64,000 bases of DNA from Octopus vulgaris (lineage: Eukaryota): assembly GCA_951406725.2 (NCBI GenBank), contig OX597814.1, positions 47,554,001-47,618,000 of the forward strand, given 5' to 3'. Position numbers and translations under genes: made by a program. This document shows, one piece after another, positions 41,003 to 55,330 of this stretch (within the stretch, counting starts at the first letter, position 1; every line of letters begins with the position of its first letter). Below the pieces are notes generated by a model, which saw only the letters and a list, made by a program, of their open reading frames with translations, made no database searches and was not told the origin of the DNA.

Positions 41003-41475
41003 ATAGAAATATTAAAATTACTAAGTCTCTCTAAAGGAGATTACGGCAGCGTTACTGGATATTAATATTTATCGCCAAACTAATATGGCAGTCCATAAAT
41101 ATAAGACTAAAGCTGTCGCTGATTAGCTCCAAGAGGCCATCGCCTCTAACTAGCTATATGACACACGAACCTGCGTCCATTACAACCTTCGAACATGGTC
41201 TGACTACGCTGCATTGATAAAGGGCAACAACCCTGAAACATGTCTGCAGATGTCTGACCAGCAAGGTGAAGCGGCTGACCTCCCCTGTTCGAAGGTTGTA
41301 ATGGACGCAGGTTCGTGTGTCATATAGCTAGCTAGAGGCGATGGCCTCTTGGAGCTAATCAGCGACAGCTTTAGTCTTATATTTATGGACTGCCATATTA
41401 GTTTGGCGATAAATATTAATATCCAGTAACGCTGCCGTAATCTCCTTTAGAGAGACTTAGTAATTTTAATATTTC

Positions 41476-41533
<58 letters not shown>

Positions 41534-41580
41534 ATATATATATACTGTGCACGCACGCATGCGTGTGGCTATGTTGTGTT

Positions 41581-41615
<35 letters not shown>
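40860..41615. repeat. Large inverted repeat: 195-bp near-perfect arms extended by mirrored microsatellite flanks
   Basis: 41001-41195 vs 41286-41480 shows 1 mismatch, around a 90-bp spacer. 40921-40956 also mirrors 41545-41580. Confidence 0.97.
41209..41249 (+). ncRNA. Minimal hammerhead ribozyme, U3-A8 core variant
   Basis: CTGCA TTGATAA AGGG-CAACAA-CCCT GAAA C-AT-G TC TGCAG: 5-bp stem I, 4-bp stem II, palindromic ACATGT and a GUC site. Confidence 0.8.
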
Positions 41616-41635
41616 CAGAGAGAGAGGGTGAGAGA

Positions 41636-41695
<60 letters not shown>

Positions 41696-41842
41696 GGAGT
41701 GGGGCAGGAGCCTTCTCACCTTTCACAAATTTTAGTTTATATTCCTGTCCAGTGTTAATGTCGCTATCCACATAGGAATGACAATTATCTTAAGAGATGT
41801 CCTTGCAGGACATCACTCAAGGATGGCTTGACACAACGGTTT

Positions 41843-41903
<61 letters not shown>

Positions 41904-43400
41904 GCTACTGCTACTGCTACAGCTACTGCTGCTGCTGCTGTTGTTGTTAAGCAACAAGACGGGTAAGGGTGATTAGGTGATGGGCGTAGGGGCGGGAGAT
42001 AAACTTTGGTCGTCTTGTTGTAGTCGAGGGCTCTTCGTTGATGCCCGACACCACTGGGAGGTGTCCCTCGAAGTCGCTGGAAATGGAGATCTCTCGGTCC
42101 AAATTCTTGAACGGCTGCTACTGCTGCTGCTGCTGCTGATGTTGCTTTTGCCACTGCTGCTGCTGTTGCTGTTGTAATTCCTACAATAACTGCTCTCTGT
42201 CGGATCTATCCAGATCCGACATCATCACAAACAAGCAGTAATCACGAAACGCAACGTTTTCAACAGTCATCTATAAACGTTGCTGTTACACGCACAGCAA
42301 CCATTCTTATTGCTTACAAAAAAGAACCCCTCACCCCAACCTTATAGACACTTATCGTCAACACTGCTACTACCACGATGATCATTAATATCCATCACAT
42401 CCTGATAGAATCATCATGTTGATATTTGTGGTGGGTGGGTTGGGTGGCGGCAGTAGTGGTGATGATGGTGATGGAGTATTGAAGATGACGCTGTTGATAT
42501 TTTCATCAATATTGCTGCTTCTATTTTATCTTAATCATCGCCCGCTTCTTCCCCAACTGCATCGTTGTTGCGAACTTTGGCCCAGGATCTTCATTTCTTT
42601 ATCGTTTACACATGCCTTATCTATTTAAAGCAAGTTTTCTACAGCCTGCAATTGTCCAGATGTTGATTCGGAAGCCGCAGATTACGTCTGTGTGTGTGTG
42701 TGTGTGTTTATGTTTGTACGTGTGCGTGTGTGTGCGTTTGTGCATGTACGTGTGTGTGTGTGTTCGAGTGTGTATGTGTGTTCGAGTGTGTGTGTGTGTG
42801 TTTGAGTGTGTGAATGTTCACGAGACTGCGTGCACATGCATTTATAATCATGCAATAGTGTGTAGAAATACACACATGAAAATATATACATATACATACG
42901 TGTGTGTGTGTGTGTGTTATATTTACAAATGTGTGTGCGTGTATGTGTGTGTATTTGTGTGTGTGTATGTGTGTGTAAGAGCACGCATAAACGATACATT
43001 TAAGGTGAAGAAACTGTATGAGAACATTTCCTTTCACTCTAACACAACAACAAAGATTCCTTTATTTACGAATAACTATTTGTAATTAAGAAACTTTCAA
43101 CTAAATGGTCTTGCGTTTCGAAATATCACTAAAGATTGTTGATTTCTTCAGCTTCAAGAGCTTTATCATTTGATAAAGACTTTAAAAAACGTAAACAAAA
43201 AACAAACAAACAAACAAACAAAACAAATGTATTTGATACAAACACGATGGCGTATATGTCTATGTGTCATACCTTTAGAAGTGAGTATGTATGTATGTAT
43301 GTAGAAGTGTGAGTGTGGGCACACATATGGGCACACACATACGTATGCATGCATGTATGTACATATGTATATATGTAAGTACGTATGTATATACACGAGT

Positions 43401-43431
<31 letters not shown>

Positions 43432-43496
43432 CAAATATATATGTATGTATATCATATGCAAATCTGTATTATATATTATATATAAAATATAATACA

Positions 43497-43531
<35 letters not shown>

Positions 43532-44072
43532 TATATGTATATGTATGGACGTACAATCTTATCTATATATACACATATACACACGATTGTCACACTAATT
43601 TGTATTATGACAATACTTCTGTTGATTTAGTGCGTTTATTTCGTGATATCGTTATATCTACATTCAAGTTCCTTAACTTCCATGAAAGCGATGCGATAGT
43701 TTTTTGTAGAAATCTCTCTGAAATTAAATTTACTATAGATATAAAACTTTTATTTATTTATTTGCATCCAATTTCATTACCCCCCCCCCTTCTACTAATA
43801 TCCCATAATTCAATCTCCTTTAAGAACACTTGAACGCAGGCATAACACATGTCCCAGAAACAATTTCATTATATAGTAAATTCTTTTTACTCGAGAATAG
43901 CATACACCACGAAATGCTCGGGATAACAAATTTTGATAACCTATCAAGAAGTCACATACAGCATGTCGCTATACTGTAAGATGAGCTTTGCTAGGAAAGG
44001 CTTTGAACTTATACAAAGCATCAATTTCACCGATACACTACAATATTTCTCATAGAGCTGCACCTAATAGTC

Positions 44073-44397
<325 letters not shown>

Positions 44398-44419
44398 TAT
44401 TATCCACACACTCTAGCTA

Positions 44420-44790
44420 GATGATATCGACCGGAAGGAAACGTACCGTTCAGCTACGATGTAAAGGGCCACGGAAAGATCCATGCTAGGACGGTCATTG
44501 CGAGTACATATCCGAAATAAGGTGATTCTAGAACGAAGCGGAATGAACGATGTGATCGCAGAATATCGAAAGCATAAGTTTCACTGGATAGGACATGTCG
44601 CAAAGTTCACAGACAAAAAACAGGTGGACCCGTGCAATTGCCGAGTGGTATCCAAAAGATCAGAAAATGTCACTAGAAAGGAATCGATGACGGCAGGAAA
44701 ATGACTTTGTTAAACAATTAGGGACACGATGGAAAAGAATGATGCAATCAAGAAAGAAATGGAAACGTATTGTGACCGACGATGCATAAC
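44420..44790 (+). mobile_element. RTE-1-type LINE 3' remnant
   Basis: RATERSMLGRSLRVHIRNKVILERSGMNDVIAEYRKHKFHWIGHVAKFTD / NRWTRAIAEWYPKDQK...WKR. Confidence 0.9.
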
Positions 44791-44831
44791 AATATCTATT
44801 CGATATACATTATGTATGTATGTGTGTGTAC

Positions 44832-44868
<37 letters not shown>

Positions 44869-44869
<1 letters not shown>

Positions 44870-45310
44870 GATGGTGTGCTGAAAAGTTCCTGGCTGTGAG
44901 CAAGAGAAAATTCAGGAGGTTCAGTTAACTATGATTTTATTCCCCTCTCAGATTCATGCACTTATTGCAGCAGACCCTCAGTTTTTCTGAGACCTATAAA
45001 AGAACTCAGAAGGTTGGGCCGAGCCGGACAGAATTCTTATGCTGCATTTCTTCCGGTTTTACGTTCTGAGTTCAAATGTCGCCGAGATTCGCTTTGCCTT
45101 TCACCTTTTCGGGGGCGAGAAAATTAGTACCAATTTAGAACTGAGGTCGATGAAGGAGATCCAGGAATGCTTCCTTCAATGTAAACGACACTGGATAAAA
45201 TGTGTGACTTCAGAGAGTGATTTCTTCGAAGGAGATTAATTGCCAAATTGATATATATTGTAGTTTTCTTTTTATAGCACCAGTTCCGATTCTTTTTGAT
45301 CAGACTTCGC
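44869..45310 (+). mobile_element. Composite: mariner-like 5' end + SINE B fragment + mariner 3' end
   Basis: TA-CGATGGTGTGCTGAAAAGTTCC start; SINE B at ~45020-45150; QECFLQCKRHWIKCVTSESDFFEGD* mariner C-terminus. The two ends match poorly. Confidence 0.65.
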
Positions 45311-45971
45311 ACGCGTGCGCACACACACAACACACGCATACACAAGCGCGCACACGCATACACAAGCGCGCACACGCAATCAAGCGGGTGAGTGATTTCT
45401 TTTTTTCTTTTTCATAGTTTCATGAACGACATTTACATATTCCGAGTTGTTGCAAATTACGACCGTAACTATACTCACGTCCAATACACAGCCACATATA
45501 TACATTATATTGAAGGCCATATGTTTCCATCTGCTATTCTCACGGCAGCCATTTTACCATATCATATTACCACTATCTGATGTATTTATCTATGTCGGCG
45601 AAGTGACCATTTCACAATGAAACTAATACTCAGTTTTCCATCTCTGATATGCTAGGTCAATACATCAACAAGGTGTGGTACTGTAACCTCAAACGCATTT
45701 TATCTACGCCAATTTGCGAGTGGTACCAGCCGACATTTTGTAGAATCTTAAGTAAGTAAATTTGAAAATAACTTCATGAACATAATTATTTCTTTTGAAG
45801 ACTTCATCGATCGAAGACTATTATTATAGAGGTAACATTTGGTGTGAATAGGTCGAAAGAAATAACCAAGTAGTTAATTATATATATATGTAAAATATAC
45901 ATAAACAACTCGAAATAAAAGTTGTAGTGTTGCATGAGTAATTTTCTATGTCACCTTTTAAAACCTTTTTC

Positions 45972-46183
45972 TACTACTCGTTTCAGTCATTTGACGGCGA
46001 CCATGCTGGAGCATCACCTTGAAAAGTTCAGTCGAACAAATCGACTCACTATTATTTTTATGTCTGGTACTTGTCGAACAGTACGGGGATGTAAACAAAC
46101 CAACACTGGTTGTTAAGCGATGGTGGTGGGGACAAATACAAACTCAAAGGCATACATTATATGTGGGTGTGTGTGTACATATG

Positions 46184-46248
<65 letters not shown>

Positions 46249-46295
46249 GTGTGTGTGTGTATGCATGTATGTATGTATGTATGTATGTATGTATG

Positions 46296-46370
<75 letters not shown>

Positions 46371-46520
46371 CAAGCTTCCACACAATTTCCGTCTACCCAA
46401 TTTACTCACAAAGCATTGGTAAGCCCAGGGCTATAGAAGAAGACACTTGCCCAAGGTGCCGTGTAAGGACTGAAACTAAAATCATGCAGTTGCAAAGCGA
46501 GCGTCTTAACTACTCAGCGA
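45972..46520 (-). mobile_element. SINE family A with large internal microsatellite expansion
   Basis: Family tail at 45972-46140 and head at 46370-46520, with (TA)/(TG)/(TATG)/(TC) between them. Confidence 0.85.
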
Positions 46521-47025
46521 AGTGTGATATCAATGTCTTTCTCTTGGGTATGAGAGTTGAGAGAATTTTCTTCAACTAAAAAACAGAAACCTCATTGTGT
46601 ACTCTGCTCAACGGTACTTGCCTTTATGGCGTATAACATCGACATACATACATATACACACATATGTATGTATATATGTATGTATACATCTGCGTGTGTG
46701 TGTATATATATATATATGCATGTGTATATATATATATATACATGTGTATATATATACATACACACACATACACACATATATTAGTATTAGTTTGTATGTA
46801 TATCAACAGTCAACAGTGTTTATGGTTATCCCTTAACATACTCAAACTAGATGGCATGACGTTAATAAAAAAATATTCACCCACATTATAAAATTTTGTT
46901 TATAGAGCGAAATATTTGAAAATTAAATATCATTGTTGAATAAATTGTTCTATAAATTCTTATAAAAGCAACCTCGCTTTTTTTGTAAACGAGTATAGAA
47001 ACACCCTCAACACACATCTCCACAC

Positions 47026-47079
<54 letters not shown>

Positions 47080-48058
47080 GCACGCACGCACACTCATACA
47101 CACGCACATACATACACATACACACTCTTTTCTTAAGGGTATAGTAATTCTGTAATCTGATCGATATCAGTATATTATTTGTTTCAGAAGAATAGAAGTA
47201 TAATTTGGCCTCGGCGGCTTTTGAACTTCGAAGTGTAAAGCTTCTAGTCTTAACGTACACATATTGAGTTTCAAAAAAAGGGTGGTCGGTTTTTTTTTCC
47301 CCGTACAGAGTTCATCTTATTGAACAAAGTCAACCAATAATTATATATGTGCAAAAGAAGAACAAAAAGAAAAAAAGAAAAAGGAAAAGGAACAAAGAAA
47401 AGAAAAGAAAAGAAAAAAAATGCTGTTTTTGTTTTCTATGTTTTCCCCAGCTTTGAAGTACATCATTCGATACAGATGAATAATAAAAACATAAAAAAAA
47501 AAAAAATAGCTTTGACTTCGTAAATATCTTGCTATCTTCCGTTACGCTTTTGAGATTTTTAGAACTTCAAAACATGATTTATTCTGAAAAAAAAAAAAAA
47601 AAAAAAAAAACGAAAATAATAATAACAGTAAAAAATACGTAGGTTGTATAGAACAGAAATACGAAGTCATAACTTTGCTTTTCATAAAAAAAGAGACCTA
47701 AAAACAAACTAATAAAAACAACAATAACGTTAATTCTTTTCTTCTTCTCATACCTTTGATTATCTATGTTCAATTTTAGAAAGCTTAACTGTATTATTTC
47801 AATAGAAAATAACAATCGGCTTTTTTGTTGTAAGGAATATGATTTTAACAATATCGAATTTTCAGTAGATCTAAATCTCACTTTCTTTTCTTTCTTCCAA
47901 ATCTTTGTAATTTTCGTGTCCCCGATTTCTCCCATAAAAATAACCTTTCACCTAAATTTAAAATGAAAAATTCGCAACTGTGGCTTGTTTACTTTTATTG
48001 CCTTTTTATCCATTTTTATCGAAACCTTTGCTGTTACTACTACTGCTGCTACAGCTAG

Positions 48059-48107
<49 letters not shown>

Positions 48108-48285
48108 ACTACTACTACTACTACTACTACTACCACTACTACTACTCCTTTTAAGTTTTCAAAAGCTGTTTTCTGATTTTAGACCATGTAGTTGATTTCA
48201 CGAAATGTCCAATAATATAGTAGATTTGTACGGATCACCTAAAGTGAGATTTTTGGAATTAGAGGAACACCTCCTCCGCCAAATA

Positions 48286-48345
<60 letters not shown>

Positions 48346-48513
48346 GCACGCACACACACACACACACACACACACAACAGTTGCTAGAATTTAATATCCT
48401 TTTATCATTTCCACAACCACTATTTGTAAACATTCAATTCATTTGGTCTGTATACATATGTATGTATGTATGTATGTATATACATATGTGTGTATGTGTA
48501 TGTGTGTGTGTGT

Positions 48514-48553
<40 letters not shown>

Positions 48554-49374
48554 CCTATTTAATTCTGAACGAACGGAATGAAGCTCCCCTTTTTTTTTAT
48601 TACATGCACATCTAATAGAATAAATTTCTGATGCATATCCCTGCAATGAATGGGCAGAACGGAGATGCGAAAACGGGTCGAGGACTCGTTGAATAGTTTA
48701 TCATCTATTCAACAGTGTTCATCTTATGTAGAATAAAGAAAGGAATTTGTAAATTTTCGGTGGGATGGGAGAAAAGAACTGGTTCAATGAAAGATAGACA
48801 AATAGACATGTATGCATGTATGTATTTATACTTTATGAAGCTAGGTTAAATATACTTGTTTATTAATAATTAACTTACAAGTGTGAGAAATCTTGGGATT
48901 TAGTTATATTTTGAAATTATAATTTCAGCATGATGGGATTGCTTCTTTAGGATGTAAAGTATATTTATGCTATTATATCAATTATTATGGTAACTATTAT
49001 TTTTTCATATATGTATTGTATGCACTGAAGATCTCTCCTATTCCTGAACGCTTTAGTTTGTCATTTCTCCTACTCCTGTAGTTTGTTTTGCAAACTTGAT
49101 TAATTATGGCTAAACATCCGTTAGAAAACGCTTAAGTAAAAATGTATTATTGTTTTTATATATCAGAACTTTTGAGATGTTTTATTGTGAAGATAATTAA
49201 ATGAATAACAGTGACCGTGACAGCAGGCTACATATCCCAAATGAAACACTTTAAGACGCTCCAAGTCATCATAATGGAGCAATTCAGTTGCACACTGGTA
49301 TACAATAATACAGATAACATAACTGACGTAACTGCATGCCAACTACTGTTAAATCATCAACAAGTTATAATACA

Positions 49375-49615
49375 CGCCCGCACGAAAAGACTTGCAAATG
49401 CTTGAGCATTTTCAGCAAGCCAAACTTCAGTAGATCCTCAACATCAAATGGCAGGACCGACGCATCAACAAGGAAGAACTCAATCGCTCAGAAATTCCAA
49501 ACTTTGCAGCTGCCATTTCCGACTTGGCCTTCTGAGCCATGTTAGGTTAAACATCATAAAGGCACTGGATAAACCAAACTCGAACACGAGTGGCACCGAC
49601 GATTATTATTATAAT
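49375..49615 (+). mobile_element. RTE-clade LINE remnant with internal deletion
   Basis: MLEHFQQAKLQ*ILNIKWQDR followed by SKLCSCHFRLGLLSHVR and a GACGATTATTATT tail. Confidence 0.7.
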
Positions 49616-51100
49616 GATTTAGAAACCTAACGGAAGACCCACTGAAGCAGCATTATACAGATTCATCATCCTTTTTAAGGTGTTCCCTAAAATCTGAGAA
49701 AAATCTATATTTGAAATTATCAAATTACACATTGCCCTCTCCAGCTAAAGCATCGATTCAAACTACGGCACCCAACAAGTACACTACTTTGCTCAGAGCA
49801 CATCTTTGATCTATACATTTCGATAAATTCATCCTTCAGTCATTTCAGTAACCCAATTCTTTTTCATGAACTTGGGGGAAATTCATGTCTCTACATCAGT
49901 TTACTGTCATTAAATGCATTGAAATCTCGTTTGACTAACCGGAGACAGATTCGAAACACCTCAAATAATATATGACTACTCATTAACGGCATATTTAACT
50001 AAACGTACACAACAGTCACATTTAGCTAACACAATATCAACTATGTATTGTAAAAAGTTGTGTTTAATCACATCAATTTGTTGAAAGTTAAAAGACAAAG
50101 ACAACATACATACACGTAATTAAAGTTTTTAATCACGTTGATTAATAAACAACAGCAGAAATATAAGAACAACTGAAGTGGTCACGGTAAAATATATAAT
50201 TTCGGAACAATTAAATAGTGTTTAATGCAAGCAATAAGATCAAAAATCACAATTCGAGATTTTTATTACGACCGCCTAATATTTGGGTCACCTATAGACA
50301 TGAACATTACCAGACTGGATTTTATTCGTGTCATTTACTTACTTTATAAAGGAATCTAGAGAATTAAACTAAATTTAGAAGATTTTATTCTTACTGTAAG
50401 CTGTAATTTTGAATATGAGAAGAGAAAATGAAGCATAGAAGAAAATACTGCATCACTCATTGTTGATTCTGAAATTGTTTTTATTGCATGTAGACAGACT
50501 TTTCTTTCATGTGATAACTCCTCCCACGCTCATACATATGTATAAGCATCCGGAGAGAAAACAAAAACTGAAAAAGTTACCCATAATTCTTGCATCTACA
50601 TTTATTATGCAAGAGACTGTGCAATTTAATGTCATTATTAGAATATGAATGAATGTCTCGTTGGGAATACATAAAATGCAATTAATCTTGCTCTTTTGAA
50701 TAAAAACTATTGCATTGAAGAACGCAGTTGTTTTTTTTTTTTTTTTTCTGTCAGCAATTGCCCACTAGCTGAAACTAGTAAAATAGTAAGATAATAAAAA
50801 CTAATTCGCACATACTGCGTCAGTTTTAAAACACAAATGAATCCTTTCTTTAATGAGCAAAATAAATACATAAATAAAATAAAATAAATAAACAAAACTA
50901 GAAACGTACAGTGCTAACTAGAAACTTCTCTCGTTCAAGATATTAGTAAAAGCTGAAGTATGCAGCTCGGTGCTTGGCAAAAGTCATTCACCAAACCTTT
51001 ACAAAATAGGATAAAAGAACTTCTAATACTCGAGATTGTAGAATATGAAGAATATCTCTACATGCTTACATACACACATACACTGATTTTATATTATATA

Positions 51101-51167
<67 letters not shown>

Positions 51168-51176
51168 ATATATATA

Positions 51177-51360
51177 TTGGCGATTTTTTTTCCTCTGTTT
51201 TCCCTTCTCTGGATCTTTCCTTTTCCTATGTTTCCGACGAAGAGCTCCGCTCGAAACGTTAAACCCTCCTTCTTTCCTTCTTTCCTGAGCGTCCAATAAT
51301 ACTATATTTGTTCCACGCCCTCGCGTTGTTGTGTTTTTTTGTGCTTTCTTGTTTGGATTA

Positions 51361-51366
<6 letters not shown>
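51177..51366 (+). mobile_element. PLE-pLTR-like family E copy with HHR-like motif
   Basis: Very similar to the reverse complement of 8937-9125. 51230-51264 reads GTTT CCGACGA A GAGC-TCC-GCTC GAAAC GTT AAAC. Ends in (TA)n. Confidence 0.8.
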
Positions 51367-51411
<45 letters not shown>

Positions 51412-51413
<2 letters not shown>

Positions 51414-51455
51414 TGGCCTTGCTTTTGCTTTTTGAGCCAATAAAAATTGAATTGA

Positions 51456-51457
<2 letters not shown>
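51412..51457 (+). mobile_element. Extremely 5'-truncated CR1 3' end within (TA)n
   Basis: CATGGCCTTGCTTTTGCTTTTTGAGCCAATAAAAATTGAATTGAAT matches 39792-39837 with 1 mismatch. Confidence 0.9.
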
Positions 51458-51539
<82 letters not shown>

Positions 51540-51556
51540 ATATATATATAGAGAGA

Positions 51557-51633
<77 letters not shown>

Positions 51634-52723
51634 AGAAGTTATAATTCAAACGAAAGAAGCGAAAGAAAAAAAATTAAGAAGAGAGACACGTGATACAAAT
51701 GTGTGAAATATGTTGATTATGAAGGATGACAAACTGGGACTATAGTAAAACATTAACATTTGCTTGAATAACCAGTTTTATCATATCCCTCGTTAGATCG
51801 ACAATATCTAACGATGAAAATCAACAGCCATCACTATCACGATAGCAATTCCAATAGCAACAAACATGTCTTCATAAAAAGAGATATATGTAGCTTAACA
51901 TTTCACCTTACCATTGCATCTAAAGAGATGTCAATAAATCAGAAAATATGAGCAAAGAGGGGAAAAAAAAGAACACATCTGTATATGTACTTGTGTATTT
52001 ATATCTAGTGAATATGTTGAAGATATGTTCATTGAATGTATGTGTGCATTTGTGTATTTTTTTTGTATTTTTTGGAAGATAGCTAGGGTTATGGGTATAG
52101 GCCTATTACAAATTATAAATACACGCGGCTGAATCTACATGTCAAGTCAAAATGATTAAATGCGTACACCCACGACCTATCCCATGAGATTAATGAGTTA
52201 CGAATATCTTTATACTATAAATACTAGCCTTGAGTTGCATCTAGTATAAATTCATCAGGGCGGACTGTTTGTCATAGTTCCAGACACAATCAAATCACAT
52301 ACCTTCTCACGTACATACATACACACGCACACACCTACATACATATATATATATACATACATATACATGCACACGCGCAACCGTTTGTATGTTTGTCTGT
52401 GTGTGTAACTGACTGGTCAAGTACTAAAAAGTATTCTTTTATTCCTTTTATCGGTTTCAGTAATTAGACTGCAGGCTATGTATGATAGGCTACCGCTTTT
52501 CAAAGCTTTTAGTCAATCACACCGAATCTAAAGAAAAAAGAATGTCTTTGCCAAAGAAAAAAAAAAGGAAAAAAAAAAGAAAAGAAAAAAGTTATTGCAA
52601 AAAAAGAAAAAGAAAGAATAAGTCTCTGGAAAATTCCGATAAATGTCTGATTTAATGTTTTTTGTCTTTTTTTTTGTTTTATTGCTTATATAAGATATTG
52701 AATAAAATGTTTCTTCACATATC

Positions 52724-52910
52724 TTTACTTGTTTCAGTCATTAGATAGCATCCATGCTGGGGCACCGCCTCGAAGGGTTTAGTCGAACAAATCGACATTA
52801 CCACTTATTATTTTTTAAAAAGCTAATAATTATTGTATCGGGTTTTTTTGCCGAACCGCTATATCAAACCTACATCGGTTATTAAGCGGCAGTGGAGAAC
52901 AAACACAACA
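52724..52910 (-). mobile_element. SINE family A, 3' half
   Basis: TTTACTTGTTTCAGTCATT...CATGCTGGGGCACCGCC...TTGCCGAACCGCT. Confidence 0.8.
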
Positions 52911-53023
52911 CAAATACACACAAACACATACTTAAACACGTTTACAAGCATACGTAAATGCATACATCCCCCCACACACACATTGCATGTAACGTATATT
53001 GCTGCTAGAATTGGAATTGTGAG

Positions 53024-53119
53024 GCGCTTGTTATTTTGTTAAAATTCTTCCAAATTTTGTAATGGACGAATGCGCTTGTCATTTTGTTAAAATTCTTCCA
53101 AATTTTGTAATGGACGAAT
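53024..53119 (+). repeat. 48-bp tandem duplication
   Basis: GCGCTTGTYATTTTGTTAAAATTCTTCCAAATTTTGTAATGGACGAAT x2. Confidence 0.95.
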
Positions 53120-53269
53120 AAATTTTATATGTTGATAAATTAATCTGTTAAAGTGTTGATATTCATTTCGGTGTTCTACACTAGCCAACTGTATACTGGA
53201 TACTAATGAACTAAATGACCATGATCTACGGGATCCCAGTAAACTGTCATATATAGAGTCCAGAGTTGA

Positions 53270-53483
53270 CTAACTATATTCAATCTATCTCTACATATCG
53301 CCTGGCTGATTGCAGTAGCTGTTTTCTCATCAAAATGCGTCAGTTTTAAAATCGCATGTTTGCCCTTGATGTGTGGGGCCCTTTTTAGGTGCTCGACCAA
53401 TGTCTTGGCATTTCGCAAAAGAGTCTGAATAGTTATTTTCCCTGAGGACTCGCTGTATTTTCTCCGTAGTAAATGCGATTCTG
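53270..53483 (-). pseudogene. Probable Penelope-like element ORF remnant (RT thumb/linker region)
   Basis: Across a frameshift: TEKIQRVLRENNYSDSF ... HAILKLTHFDEKTATAISQAICRDRLNIV. This resembles the L..NGYP ... LPY...S..I...+ pattern between PLE RT and GIY-YIG. Recognised by eye only. Confidence 0.5.
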
Positions 53484-53507
53484 ATATATATATATATATA
53501 TATATAT

Positions 53508-53822
53508 CATCATCATCATCATCATCATCATCGTTTAACGTCCGCTAGCATGGGTTGGACGATTTGACTGAGGACTGGCGAACTAGATGGCTGCATCAGG
53601 CTCCAATCTTGATCTGGCAGAGTTTCTACAGCTGGATGCCCTTCCTAAACGCCAACCACTCCGAGAGTGTAGTGGGTGCTTTTACGTGCCACCGGCACGA
53701 GGGCTAGTCAAGCGGTACTGGCAACGACCATGCTCAAATGGTGTTTTTTTACGTGCCACCTGCACAGGAGCCAGTCCAGCGGCACTGGCAACGACCTTAC
53801 TCGAATGTTTTTTTTCACGTAC

Positions 53823-53825
<3 letters not shown>
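53508..53825 (-). mobile_element. SINE family D 3' part with (GAT)n tail and internal ~68-bp tandem repeat
   Basis: Minus strand has GGTTGGCGTTTAGGAAGGGCATCC (a motif common in metazoan SINE bodies) and ends in GGACGTTAAAC(GAT)n. TTTTACGTGCCACC...CTGGCAACGACC occurs twice. Confidence 0.75.
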
Positions 53826-53896
<71 letters not shown>

Positions 53897-54006
53897 GTGT
53901 GTGTAATATATATATATATCTAAATAATTAGTTAATAAATTATATGAATTGGTATTATCCAATAGTTGATGATTGAAAGAAATCTATTCCTCCATTTTCT
54001 TATTTT

Positions 54007-54260
<254 letters not shown>

Positions 54261-54264
54261 GAAA

Positions 54265-55330
54265 TGAACTCAGAATATAAAGTCGGACGAAATGCTGCTA
54301 AGAATCTAGCCCAGTGTGTTGACAATTCTGCCAGCTCGCTGCCTTAATAATGGTTTCAAATTTTGGCACTGGTCCAGCAGTTTTTAATGGTAGGGGATGT
54401 CAAGTACATCGCCCCCAGTACTTGACTGGTACTTCATTTTATCGACCCCGAAAAGATGAAAGGCAAAATTGACATTGGCAGAATTTGAGCTTAGAACGTA
54501 GACGGACGAAAATGCCTCTAAATATTTTGTCCGGCGTGCTAACGACTCAACCAACTCATAATAATGATGATAATTCTTTCTACTAAGGCGCAAGGCCTGA
54601 AATTTGGTGGGAGGGGACTAGTCGATTACATTGACCCCAGTGTTTCACTGGTATGTAATTTATCGAGTCTGAAATGATGAAAGGCAAATCAACCTAGGCG
54701 GAATTTGAACTCAGAACGTAAAAGCAAATGAAATGCCTATTTCTTTACTACCCACAAGGGGCTAAACACAGAGCGGACAAACAAGGACAGACAAACGGAT
54801 TAAGTCGATTATATCGACCCCAGTGCGTAACTGGTACTTATTTAATCGACCCCGAAAGGCTAAAAGGCAAAGTCGACCTCGGCGGAATTTGAACTCAGAA
54901 CGTAGAGGCAGACGAAATACCTATTTCTTTACTACCCACAAGGGGCTAAACACAGAGAAGACAATCAAGGACAGACAAACGGATTAAGTCGATTATATCG
55001 ACCCCAGTGCGTAACTGGTACTTAATTTATCGACCCCGAAAGGATGAAAGGCAAAGTCGACCTCGGCGGAATTTGAACTCAGAACGTAACGGCAGATGAA
55101 ATACGGCTACGCATTTCGCCCGGCGTGCTAACGTTTTTGCCAGCTCACCATCTTACTGACTTTGGCACTAGGCCAACAATTTTGAGGGAAAATTAGTAAA
55201 TACCATAATTTTAGTTAATACTACAGGAATAAAAACCACAGGTGACACCAGCAGTATTTGAACTCAGAACATGAAGAAATATTGCAAAGTATTTTCCTGG
55301 CTCCCTTCCGATTCTGCCAGTTCCCCACGA
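54265..55330 (-). mobile_element. Tandem cluster of SINE family B copies
   Basis: At least 5 co-oriented bodies, with two young units at 184-bp period starting at 54739 and 54923. Confidence 0.92.
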
